Positions 10,792 to 21,303 of a stretch of DNA of 64,000 bases are shown here, piece by piece (the first letter of the stretch is position 1; every line of letters starts with the position of its first letter). Below the pieces are notes generated by a model. It was given only the letters and a program-made list of their open reading frames with translations, was not told where the DNA came from and did not search any database. Made by a program: the position numbers and the translations under genes. Source of the stretch: Salisapilia sapeloensis CBS 127946 (lineage: Eukaryota; Protista; Oomycota); the NCBI GenBank assembly GCA_023334545.1, contig JAADVB010000025.1:1-64000 (forward strand), read 5' to 3'.

Positions 10792-13705
10792 TCATGGTAG
10801 AAGATCTGGCGAAGGTATCTCTCTAGTAGAATCGCCAGCGACAATATCGCCGTGGGTCGTTAGCGTTTCGTCACGCAGGAGATTCACTGTGAGTAGATTG
10901 TCCTCTGGGAAATTCTGGTACTTGCGTCGGAAACGACGACGAATAGTCTTGCCATTCTCAAGTCGCTGGCCAAGTTTCTGGCACAAACATACTTGGTCGT
11001 TTTTCGTCTTGCCTCCGTCCGATCGTGTCAAATATGTTCGCTCCACCGAGTCCATCTCCTGACGAGCTACGTAACCAGAGCTTGGTCGCTTCCGTTGGCG
11101 ATTCCACGGACTGAGGTAGTGGGATCGGTCCACACTGGCGAGAATAGGCGCGTCGTCCTTGTCTGAACCCCCCTTGACCTGTCCAGGTCCTTCGAGCATC
11201 GCAGCCGGAGGTTCAAGGCGTATCATTTCGTCGTCGAAGAAGTACAATGCGTCGCTGTACTCGCATGCCTTCGTATGCTTGACGTGATGCATGAGTCCAG
11301 AGTCCATCAGCATGTTTCCAAGTCGGATGCCTTCTCCGATCGTGTCGATGGCCTCTTCCTCACGCATTTGGTTGATGGCGTTTTCACCAGAGAAGCACAT
11401 GGTAGCGACGCCTCCATTCTTGATCTCGATCATGTCGTGACGCATGGCATCGAGGAGCTCCATCGAAAAGTCTGTCGCCAGATCTTCCTGAACGTCTTCC
11501 AGAGCATGGACGATTGCTTGCACAGACGGACGATGCTGTGGCTCTGTCTGCCACGCACTCTGAATGAGCTCTCGCAGCTGTGGGTGAACGGACTCGCCCA
11601 GCTTTGGTCGTTCGCCTGCTAAGACCGTCTCGAAGACTTTGAGGTGATTACCATTGGCCTGAGGATACTTTTCGCATCCGGGATTCAAGATATCCCACAT
11701 CGTTATTGCGAGTGAGTACACGTCAGCCGCTTCTCCATACGTGGCCAAACCGCCTTTGCCATTGATGATTTCCGGTGCCATGTAATCAACTGTCCCTCGA
11801 ACCGTCATTTTCTCATGGTAATTTCCATCGACGATCCCAGGTGCAGTATACGCACTGACGTCACTTGTCCTGCGTTCATATCCTTGCTCCAGGTCATGAG
11901 CCGAATGATCTGCACTAACGTAACCGCTCGTTCGACCGCTCTGAGCGATCGTTCTGCTCTGCTCAGTCGACTTTGTTGCCAGTTGCGTCTGACTAGCAGG
12001 TACGGTGCCAGTTCGGTAGCGATGACTGCCCCCTTCGTGTACCCATGCGATGTTGGCCCGAGGGAGACTTCGAGACTCACCAAAGTCTGTTAGCTTCACA
12101 TTTCCTTGCCCATCTATTGATTTGGCTATAAGGAACTTTTTGTGGTCGTACTGATAGCAGATAAGAATGTACCGATGAGGAAGTTTCCAGGCTTGATGTC
12201 GCGATGAACAAAGGCAGGAGCGAAGGAGTGAAGATAGGCGACGGCTCTATCGAAGCAAGAGATGAGATAAGTGCTCATAGTAGCTTGCGATCCTGTCGTA
12301 CCTCGCAGCGTCGATCATGTATCCTAAGCCTATGAGTTGTTGTTGTCGGAATGATTCTTCCCGGAGTCGACTTCGCTCACGACGCTGGATCGTGACTCCA
12401 GCGATTTCGTCCAAGCTTCCGATGCAGAGCTCTGACACAAGACAAACGGTCGGTGGAGATATGCAGAGACCCATGAACTAGAACAGAGATAGTTTTAGTA
12501 CGAATAGAACAAGAGTTGGATGGATAGTAGAGTATACCTGGACGACATTCGGATGGTTGAGGGCGCCACACAGAGCAGCTTCATGACTAAATGCTGCTAC
12601 AACTTCATCTGTCACACTCGTAGGTGTGTACACTTTGCACGCGACTGGTGTTTTTGAATGGAGAAGACCATTGTAGACGACAGCGCTTGACCCGACGCCG
12701 ATCCGCTGCTTGACATCCAAGTGGGCAAAGTCGATGACAAAGTGACGATGCATTTCGATCAAGACGTGGAGACCTTGTGCCGACGTATGCTCGTTCAGGT
12801 TAGCTTTTTGACGAAAGTGGCTTTGCAATGCCACTGCGCGTTCACCCAGACCTCGCCAGTGCTCAGTGTCCGACTTGAGTGTCCGCCAGGTGAAGATCGG
12901 CCCGAGGAATGACCAGATTAGAAAAGCGTAGACAAAGCCGAAGGCGACGTCGTACGACCAGCTCATGAACGCTTTCAAGTATAGAAAGTCGAGTGTGTGG
13001 TAGATGATGCCGAAGGCACAGTACTGCCGAAGTGTTTTGATGCAAGCTCGGCCAGGTGGACGGAATATGACGTAGATGAAGAGACCTACTGTCAATGTGT
13101 GGGAAATGGCGAGGACGAGGAGGGACGTATAGTTCTCTCCCTGATCACCGTATATAGCACTTAGTACAATAGCGATCGGAACGTTGTACGATGAGAGAAA
13201 GAACGAGATGAAGGTGGCACGCTTGACGGCTGGCACTGTGACGCTTTTCTGGAACATAAAGACCATGACGAAGACGAGCAGGAACTCCCTTCCGGCATTC
13301 AGAACTTCGCGCTGGACCAGACCAAAGTTGTTGATGCTCCCACCCATGGCCCAGCAGCATCCAAAGTAGACACTATCAAGGACACTTATCATTATGAATG
13401 GTACTATGGAAACTTGGAAGATAGACGTACAGGAAGGAGGTTGAGACGAAGCATAGTAGCCACAGTAGCGGCTCGAAAGCAGGTAGAATGACTTTTCGAG
13501 CAGCGTCACGCGCAAGGTCATCATCGTTGCTAAGCGCGACTTGGCGGTTGTACCGTACGTACACGATCATGATCATGAAGAGCATCGACATGACGCTGTA
13601 GCTTACGAAGCCAATGATATTGAATATCTTGTATCGGGACTCAACAAAGGCTGCAATGCTTTCCATCTCTTCCATAGAGGCGATGTCATTCATACTACTA
13701 GCCAT
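10792..13705 (-). CDS. 7-transmembrane (GPCR-like) tyrosine-kinase-like kinase with C-terminal DEP domain
   Basis: About seven hydrophobic segments in 13705-12880, then IGVGSSAVVY, VACK, HPNVVQ, HRDIKPGNFL (exon near 12240-12172), KLTDFGES, GTVDYMAPE, DVYSLAITMW. DEP-like CFSGENAINQM...GIRLGNMLMDSGLMHHVKH...LYFF follows. Several introns. Start uncertain (13705-13756). Confidence 0.85.
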
Positions 13706-14140
13706 GTCGCTATCTAGTGCGAGTTGATACTCCGAGTCTGGGGACCTGTTGTCCACTCCGTTAGCAAAGCACTTGGATACGAGTGCGATGCAGTACGCTC
13801 CAAGTAACTTTGTGAATGTTTAACCTTTGCAATGCTCGTATGTTGTCCGCGACATGGCCACGAGCATCCTTGCGCCCCTTCGTGATCAACCGCGGTACGG
13901 AGGATCGCCCATTCCTTCTGCCTTGGTCAGTCACGACAGGCTCTTTGTATACATAAAGGAAGGACGATCTTGCTCTAAGATCTGGCTACTAGTAACGTCT
14001 ATCGTCGGAACGTACGCCGGATCAGTACATTCGTATGAGAGGATCGTATCACTTCGTGGTATGTCATGGCCACGTAATGCTGAACATGTATCCGGAAGCA
14101 AGTAACATGGATTCAAGACAGATACATAAACTCTTTCGTA

Positions 14141-17100
14141 TTACTTGGCGTAGAAGGATAGCTCCGTCGCGTTCTTAATCACCTCTCCAAAGTGGTTTTC
14201 CGCCGCTGCTTCATTAAACAAGATAAAGTCCTGGTCCTTACCACCCACGAGCTTAAAGAGCGGGCCGACAGGAATGAGTTCACAATTGCCATACTTGCTC
14301 TTCCGAATGCCTAGTCTCGATTGGATCGTAAACGACAGTTTCCGCAGTCCTTCCGAGATCTTGACGTCATCTTCATCATCCTTTTCTTTGCCATAGATAC
14401 TTATGTCCGGTAGCTGCTCATCGAAAAAGGACTTGTACAAGTCCATGCTCTCGGCAGGGATAGACGATCTAGAGTTCGATACGATCCGTTTGTACTCAAG
14501 TGCGTTCTCAAAGACCCTAGCGACATGTCATGAGTACTAAGGAGGAAAAAGAGAAGAAGAGAGAGCCTACTTTCGGTCTTCCGGATCAGTCTTGAGTCTC
14601 TTGGCGACAAGCACGCGGGCTTTCGTGTTCTGGTCCAGACCTGCATAAGGTCCTACCTGTAGCTTAAACGTCGCTCCAGAACGTACTTGAGCGTCTCGAA
14701 GGCTCTTGACGTCACTCGGGTCCAAGTTGTTTTCCTTGAGGTAGGCTTCAAAGAAGGCTTGGGCGTTATCATTCTCGGTTTCCCACAACGCAGGAGACTC
14801 GTTCCACTTGACGTACCGCTCATAGACATTGTCAGCACTTGTCACTGATGCATCTCCGACAAACTTCCGAGGACTACTAGATAGAATTAGAACGTTGCTC
14901 GAATCAAATGTAGGAAGACAACGTACCCTCTTCTCTGTGCGAACTCTTCGATCGTAATCTGTTCGTCTGGACGCTTGAGGACACCTCGTTGCGGAGCTGC
15001 CATCCGACTCGAAGGGCCGTTCGATGTGACTCGACTGAGTCTGTGCTCGTGTCCTCTGGCTTCGTGGTTACTCTCTCGATTGCGCCGAGCCTCCGGACGT
15101 CCGAGCGCGTCGTCACTGATATCCGGAGCACTGAGACTGCGTATGGCCTTGGTCGACAGTGGTTTCGATCGATAGTACGTAGCGTCCTCCAAGGCTTCTT
15201 CGACACTCGGCGCTCGAGACGAGGATGAGATGGAGGAGGAGGGAGACGTCGCGACTGGAGCCGTCTTCCTTCGGACGCTTCGTGGCTCCGCTTGACTGTC
15301 GTTGGACAAGTCCATGGGGTTCATGAACTTATGCCCGAGCGCCTTGTCAAAGGACGTGAGTTCCTCTGGGTGGGAGACCTGAAGGAAGCCATGCGACAGA
15401 GATGACGACGGGTTCCGAATACGCGGTCGACTCCGGACTTTCCACTGTCTCGAGGAGAGCTGGTCGAGAGCTGCATCAGGAGACTTGCGGCTCTCATCCT
15501 GCAGGTCGTAGAGTTTGGACTTTTCAAAGCTCTCCAGAGGTTCCTTCCACCATTCATCCAACAGCCGTCGACACTCTCGCACATACGCCTCTCTCTTCTC
15601 TTCATCTCGATTCGAGCCATCGTCTTCATAAACATTCATCGACGTCTCATCTGCTACAAAAGCTCTACGCTTCCTCTCTAGATGACTAGCAATCGTCGTC
15701 CGCATCTCCTGACAGGCTTGAACGCCATTCACGACGTCGTAATTATGCAAATAGTAATCTGAATCTAACTCCCACAATGGTGGCTCGTCCGGCTTCGGTG
15801 CAAAGTGGCCGAGGAAGATGTTGATCGCGTCTTGCTTGGCAGTGTCCGTGAACGAGTTGCTATAGTAGCGTCGGATGGAAGTAAGGAGCTCTCGATGCTT
15901 GACGTTCTCTCGATTCGCACTCGTCTTGACATTCTTATGGGCTTCCGAACCGCCGTATTGCATCGAGATGGCGTCTCCTGCGAGCGAGTACAAGTGCATG
16001 AGCACGCGCACGAGCTGCGACCTGCTCTCGAGGAGAGGCGTGTTCCGGATGCCCATGGCGTAGAGCTGCTGGCCGAGGACGCGCATGCCAACGCTGAACT
16101 GACTGACGTTGGTCCGGTCGAGGCAGTCGATGCAGTTCGTGCGGAGGACGCCTCGTTGCTCGAGCCAGTCGCCAGAGTCGCGCGGGATCGTCGGAGACGG
16201 AGGAGCGTCGTGGTACGAGATGGGAGGACTACTCAACGTCTCGTGTGCTTCGTTGAAGTCATTTTCCACCACTTCTCGGACGAAGGAATGAGGAAACGTA
16301 GGTCCGGCGTTGCGTTCAGAGGCAGAGCGACCGATGCGGCGCTTGGGTGCGCTGCAGAAGAAGCCTGTTTGGTGCAGCGCCCAGACAGCGACTTTATCCA
16401 GCGAGTGGAGGACGTTTAGACCCTTCTGTTTGCTCAGACGGGAGTAGTCGAGCGCAATGTACCGCACACGGTGTCTCGCAGGCATGAAGCCATTGAGGTA
16501 CTCGACGGCGTTCATGTACTCTGCGCCTACAATGACCTCTCTCTCCTTCTTCTCGCTCTGTTTCACGAGGTTGAGAGCAACGATGGGAGAGCCGTAGCGA
16601 GACAAGAGGTCAGCAAAGTGTTTTCTCGTCGCCGTGTACGTCGGATCGACGCGGTTGAGGACGATAGGAGGCTTGGGGAGCGTCGCAGACGTCTCTTGCG
16701 ACCAAAAGACCGGAATGGAACCTCTGTACTGGACAAACGAGCTGAATTTCCCGGCGCCCATGCTCTCGTCTTCAATGATCTGCTCCGTTTCGACGTCATT
16801 CGCGGCTTTGCCAGTGTCCGCGACCCCTCGCTTGAGGTATCTCGTGCCTGCAAAGTGTCTCGATCGTCGAGCTAAGAGAATGATGCTGAGAAGACGGCCA
16901 AAGACAGAGCACTTGCGCTGTTCGTAGCACCCAAGGACGATCGGGATGATCAGGTCGTTGCACGCGCCGTCGCTCAGACAGCTCCGAAGCTCCTTCGTAA
17001 GGTAGTGGTTCCAGCAGAACATTTCGTCCGGTGCAGGCGACACGGCCGTCATGTTGTACTGGAGTGAGCGCGTGACGTCGTAGGAATAGCTGAAGAAAAA

Positions 17101-18222
17101 GTCTTTGGTTAAGTCTATAAAGTGGAAGAGGCCGAGGTACCGCGCCTCAGCCTCTTCCTCCGGACTCGGGTTGAACCACCGATTGAGCCACGCCCACGTA
17201 CCTGGCTCTTCTTTCGGCCGACTGACATTCAGCTGCTGTGTCGCCGAGATGCCGTAGATGTTGTTGCCGCCGATCGTCCCGATGAGACGTCGTTGCGTGA
17301 CGAAGATAAAGTAGAAGCCTTGGAGGAAGCGGATGCAGCCGACGATCGCGACGGCCGTGAAGGCTCGCGTGAGTTTGCATGCGCCAGTGTACTTGGCTTG
17401 CTCTGCGAGCATCTGTAGCTTGGCTTCCATGTCTTCCCACGGGTATACGCGCTCGTCTTCCGTTAACACCTGCGAGAGCTGCGTCGGCTTCTCGATCGTC
17501 CGGTCTAGCTCCATCATCCGGAAGCGGAGGTAGTGCCGGTCGGAGCATACGACATAGTACGACTAGAGCAGAGGTCAGGAAGGAGGTGATAGTGGATGGT
17601 ACAAGAGAGGTACCGTGGCGGTCTCGTAGATGGTGAAGCGCTCGAAGAGGTTGGCTCGAGTCGGCAGACTCGGCGGACGCCTTCGACTCGGGAGGGACGA
17701 CGGGATGGACGTGTCGCTCGAGGCAGCACTGGACGTCTTCCGAGGAGTCGAAGTCGGGTCTGGGCCTTTCGACACTGGTGGACACAGTATAAAGGTCCGA
17801 GGCTTCTCACCTTTCCGAAGACTGTCTTGGACGGATCGAAGCGTATTGACCCTGTGCATGGCAAGAGGTGAGTGCTCGAATCGATCTTATAAGGCAGTGA
17901 AGAGGTAGACGTACCACCAGTCCAGGTCGTAGCTCGTGTCGTGTGATAGAAACCACTCTTTATTGTCGCCACCAGCAGACAGCTCTAGGCAGTCGGCGTT
18001 GCTCTCTTCCGAGTGCGTCATGTCGATCAGACAGTCGGCGACAGGGATCGTCTCGAGGCATCGACCCTGCTGTTCTTCATACACAACGAATGCGCCTTCT
18101 TCCAACGAAACTTCACACCATACATCCTGCCACTCGCCAGTCGACTCATCGGCAGCTGAGTCTGGCAACGACCAACGCAGCAAGTGGCCACGAACCGGAG
18201 CACTCTCGCCCTCTTCCTCCAT
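14141..18222 (-). CDS. FIG4: SAC-family phosphoinositide phosphatase FIG4 with N-terminal PH domain and C-terminal extension
   Basis: RFTIYETAT, DLTKDFFFSYSYD, ARRSRHFAGTRYLKRG, ANDVETEQI, SSFVQYRGSIPVFWSQ and catalytic RTNCIDCLDRTN. Introns 17914-17852, 17613-17563 and 14926-14874 and one near 14570-14518 all keep frame. The 3' end could extend slightly beyond 14141. Confidence 0.88.
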
Positions 18223-18423
18223 CTTGGCAGATATTCTGTTCCGATTTAGGCCCTACACGGGGTACGTTTAACATATCTAATAAAAAAAAATTTAGTTTTC
18301 TTTTCTTAGACTTATCTTCATTTCCATTCCTGTCGGTATCTCTACCTTGGATGGCTGTATGGACATAGTTGATGGGCATAGTTGGACAAAAGAGGTGGGA
18401 TGGTAAAAAGTACGATTTTCTAG

Positions 18424-19377
18424 TCATGTCTCGAGCACAAGGTTGATACTTGGATGGAGCTCATCGTAGAGTGCCAATAGATAGCTTGGTAGTACATCAA
18501 AACAGTCTGTGACGGACACTTGTTCCAGACGTGGCGACATGGGTTCTAGGAGCTGGTAGGCGAACGTCGCGAGTAGATCTGTCGTGAGCCAGCAGCACCA
18601 GGAGAACCGGATTGACTTGAGAGACGACCATCGTGCTAGATGGAGCATCAGGTCTTCGCCCGTCTCCATCTCGAAGCAGTCTGTGATCGTCAAGCTTGTG
18701 AGAGACGGGTGTTGCAGCGAAAGTTTCCGAATGAACGGTGCGCCTGCGATGCCAGCGCATGAGACGAGTCGTAGAGTCCGTAGAGCTACCTCTTCTTCTG
18801 TCTGGACGATCGAGACGTCATCGACATTCAGGTCGTCCCAACTTTCCACTGTCTCCGCCCGAAGCGGATTGAGCTGCCATACTAAGGCCTGTGTCTGCAT
18901 CGGATTGCTCGTCAGTCGCTCAAGTGGCTTCTCACTACGTGAGAATCCGATCGTGAGATCATATGACGGACGTAAGAGTAGCAGTGGGATATTGGCACTA
19001 TTCATCGTCTTGAGCGCTGCTGCGAGCTCTGACACGGCTGCGAGCATCCACGGCTCAAAGGTAGCAAAGAACTGCCGAGTGAATGGACACTCTGGATCGT
19101 ACTGGTCCAGCGATCGAGCTATCTCGTATAAGCAACGCTCTTGGAGAGAGTCAAAGACGCGAGGCGCAAGCGCTGTTTCTCGTAGTTCTTGCTCGATCTC
19201 CGCGACGCTGTTCAGTTTGAGCTGCTCTCGATGATCGTCCTTGAGCCTAGCACTCACAAGTGCCTTGAGAGCATCGACGCGAGGCTTGCCTTTTGAGGAA
19301 GGAGGATGCAGGTCTGGCGATTTGTGATTCGACTGCTTTAGACGAGCAGCTCTCTCCGCTCGTGTTTTATTCGACAC
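18424..19377 (-). CDS. Hypothetical protein with C-terminal cysteine-containing LRR-like repeats
   Basis: Single 317-aa ORF. Repeats SLTSLTITDCFEM, SLKSIRFSWCCWLT and RLEQVSVTDCFDV resemble LRR-CC (FBXL/AMN1 type). Confidence 0.65.
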   Translation of the reverse strand: MSNKTRAERAARLKQSNHKSPDLHPPSSKGKPRVDALKALVSARLKDDHREQLKLNSVAEIEQELRETALAPRVFDSLQERCLYEIARSLDQYDPECPFTRQFFATFEPWMLAAVSELAAALKTMNSANIPLLLLRPSYDLTIGFSRSEKPLERLTSNPMQTQALVWQLNPLRAETVESWDDLNVDDVSIVQTEEEVALRTLRLVSCAGIAGAPFIRKLSLQHPSLTSLTITDCFEMETGEDLMLHLARWSSLKSIRFSWCCWLTTDLLATFAYQLLEPMSPRLEQVSVTDCFDVLPSYLLALYDELHPSINLVLET

Positions 19378-19594
19378 TTTATGTGCGATTTGCTGCCAAT
19401 ATCGGTGTTGGACGAACCTGTAATGGAGACATAAGGGTTTGTACGTATGCTGCGGAAGCTAGGCAAGGTAGAAGAGTGTCTACCGGTCTTTCTTGGACGC
19501 GAAATCGCCGCACTGCTTCCCCTTCCGATTCCGTCCCATGTCCAATAGTTTAATTGAGTGATTCTGCTCATTTAACACGATCTAGAAAGGTTGT

Positions 19595-20089
19595 ATGAGC
19601 AGCCAAGTGTCCATGTCGATGCCAGAAGAGCAGGAAGGGAAGGAGTTGTGTGGAGAGCAAGAGGAAAATCTAGATAGAACTGTAGAGTCTCAGACAGCTA
19701 GTACGCCCAAGGTGATTCCTTTTAACCCGAGTGCAACAGAGGTGCATCGTCGAGAACGTGGTGCGCCGTGGCGGACGGGCGCGGATAAGCAGCTTCGTGA
19801 GAGCAATGAGAAGGCATTGAAAGAGCAGCAGGAGCGTCGACGATGGGGATTAGCAAAGCAGATTCAGGAAGGATTGATGCATAACTATAATATCAACTAT
19901 GGCGTGGCGGAACTCGCGACGCTCTTGCGAGATGGCATCCGTCTTCGCGAAACGGAAGGGGAGAGCTACACGCCAATTCAAATGGCGCAGATGGAGCTGC
20001 TACAAGCGTCTGAAAAGTACGATTTAAAGCGTATTCTGTCTCTCCTAGACCACTTTCCAAAAGACCGTCGTGCGTCTTGTATCAAATAA
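19595..20089 (+). CDS. Hypothetical protein, 164 aa
   Basis: ATG-initiated ORF with a coding-like charged/helical composition. No motif recognised. Confidence 0.6.
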   Translation: MSSQVSMSMPEEQEGKELCGEQEENLDRTVESQTASTPKVIPFNPSATEVHRRERGAPWRTGADKQLRESNEKALKEQQERRRWGLAKQIQEGLMHNYNINYGVAELATLLRDGIRLRETEGESYTPIQMAQMELLQASEKYDLKRILSLLDHFPKDRRASCIK

Positions 20090-20095
20090 AAGTTC

Positions 20096-21108
20096 CTAGA
20101 TAAGTATATTCTCATCTTCCTTCTCCATGTCTTGCGTCTCGTACAAGCTAATGAGCTCGTCGATGGGTGCGTCGACGAGTGGTCCTGCAAACGCATGTCG
20201 ATATACACTTCTATTCGTCTCGAGGTCCTCTTGTTCCATCCGCCATTGCTCGAACTGATTCGGATGTCGGAAGACCGAGGTCGAGTCGGCGAGGATCTCC
20301 TGCCAGGATGTCTGGAGGAAGTACTGGATCCGGAGCGATATGCGTTGATCCACGACATTGTTATAGTCGATGGGGACTCTAGACATGTCGGATACATTTA
20401 CATCTATAGGCTGTAGACTAGCTCGTAGGTCCATATACTCTTGCCATGCCGTGTCGATGGTTTCGAAGAACGAGCTTACCACGCTCTCGTCCTCCTTGCG
20501 TTCATAGTCTGTCCGATGGAGCCACTTGTCTTTATATTCCGGTGCCAGGTACTCGTTATCATGATGCGCACCAATCCACTTGCGGCCGACTCGCAAGCGT
20601 ATCAAGAGCGGATGTTCCTTCGATTCGAACGTGACGTTATAGATCTGGTCGATCTGCATCCTCCAGGCTGCTGACGGGTGCCATTCTGTCCATGTACATT
20701 GATGCAAGAGGAAGAGAATGATATCTGGGTCATCAAGTACAAACGGAGGTATGGCTTCCTCTAGTCGAGGGACATTTCGAAGCTCTGGTCCACAGTCATA
20801 CACAGCGTACTGCCTCTTTTCAATCAGTACGCGATGGATACTACATCCATCTCATAAGCTTTTGAAGATACATAGATATACAGAAGACAGAACTACTTGT
20901 TGGTATCAAGATGGAAGGCACTTGCGAGGGACGTATTGGAAATGGATTGAATGAAATACTTTTTACTCTCGACTTGAACGCGATGACACATGCGTCGAAT
21001 GTGCTTGACGACATGTTTCTCCACTCGTCTTTGTACTTGCGCATCCACCACCCGTTGCAGGGTCTTGAGCTTAGATCTCGTCTGGTTGACCGCCACGCTA
21101 TTGCCCAT
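20096..21108 (-). CDS. Hypothetical protein, 2 exons, begins MGNS (possible N-myristoylation)
   Basis: Exon 1 (ORF 20893-21108) has a phase-2 donor AA|GTAG that joins acceptor GTAG|T ATC CAT upstream of ORF 20096-20803 in frame. Confidence 0.6.
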
Positions 21109-21303
21109 AGCCCTCTGACGCCACTACCCTTAAGTAGTAGTTTCTCAGAGTACCTCTTCCAGGTGCTCTGGTCGATTTACCACAATCGGTCGTCCTCGTC
21201 CCAGTTGCATACGAAATGCAAGTCTAATGAGTAAATCGACCTGACGGAAGAGGAGATAAGCACGAGAACAGAATTGAAAAAAGCGAGTCGCGTCGATAGG
21301 ACC

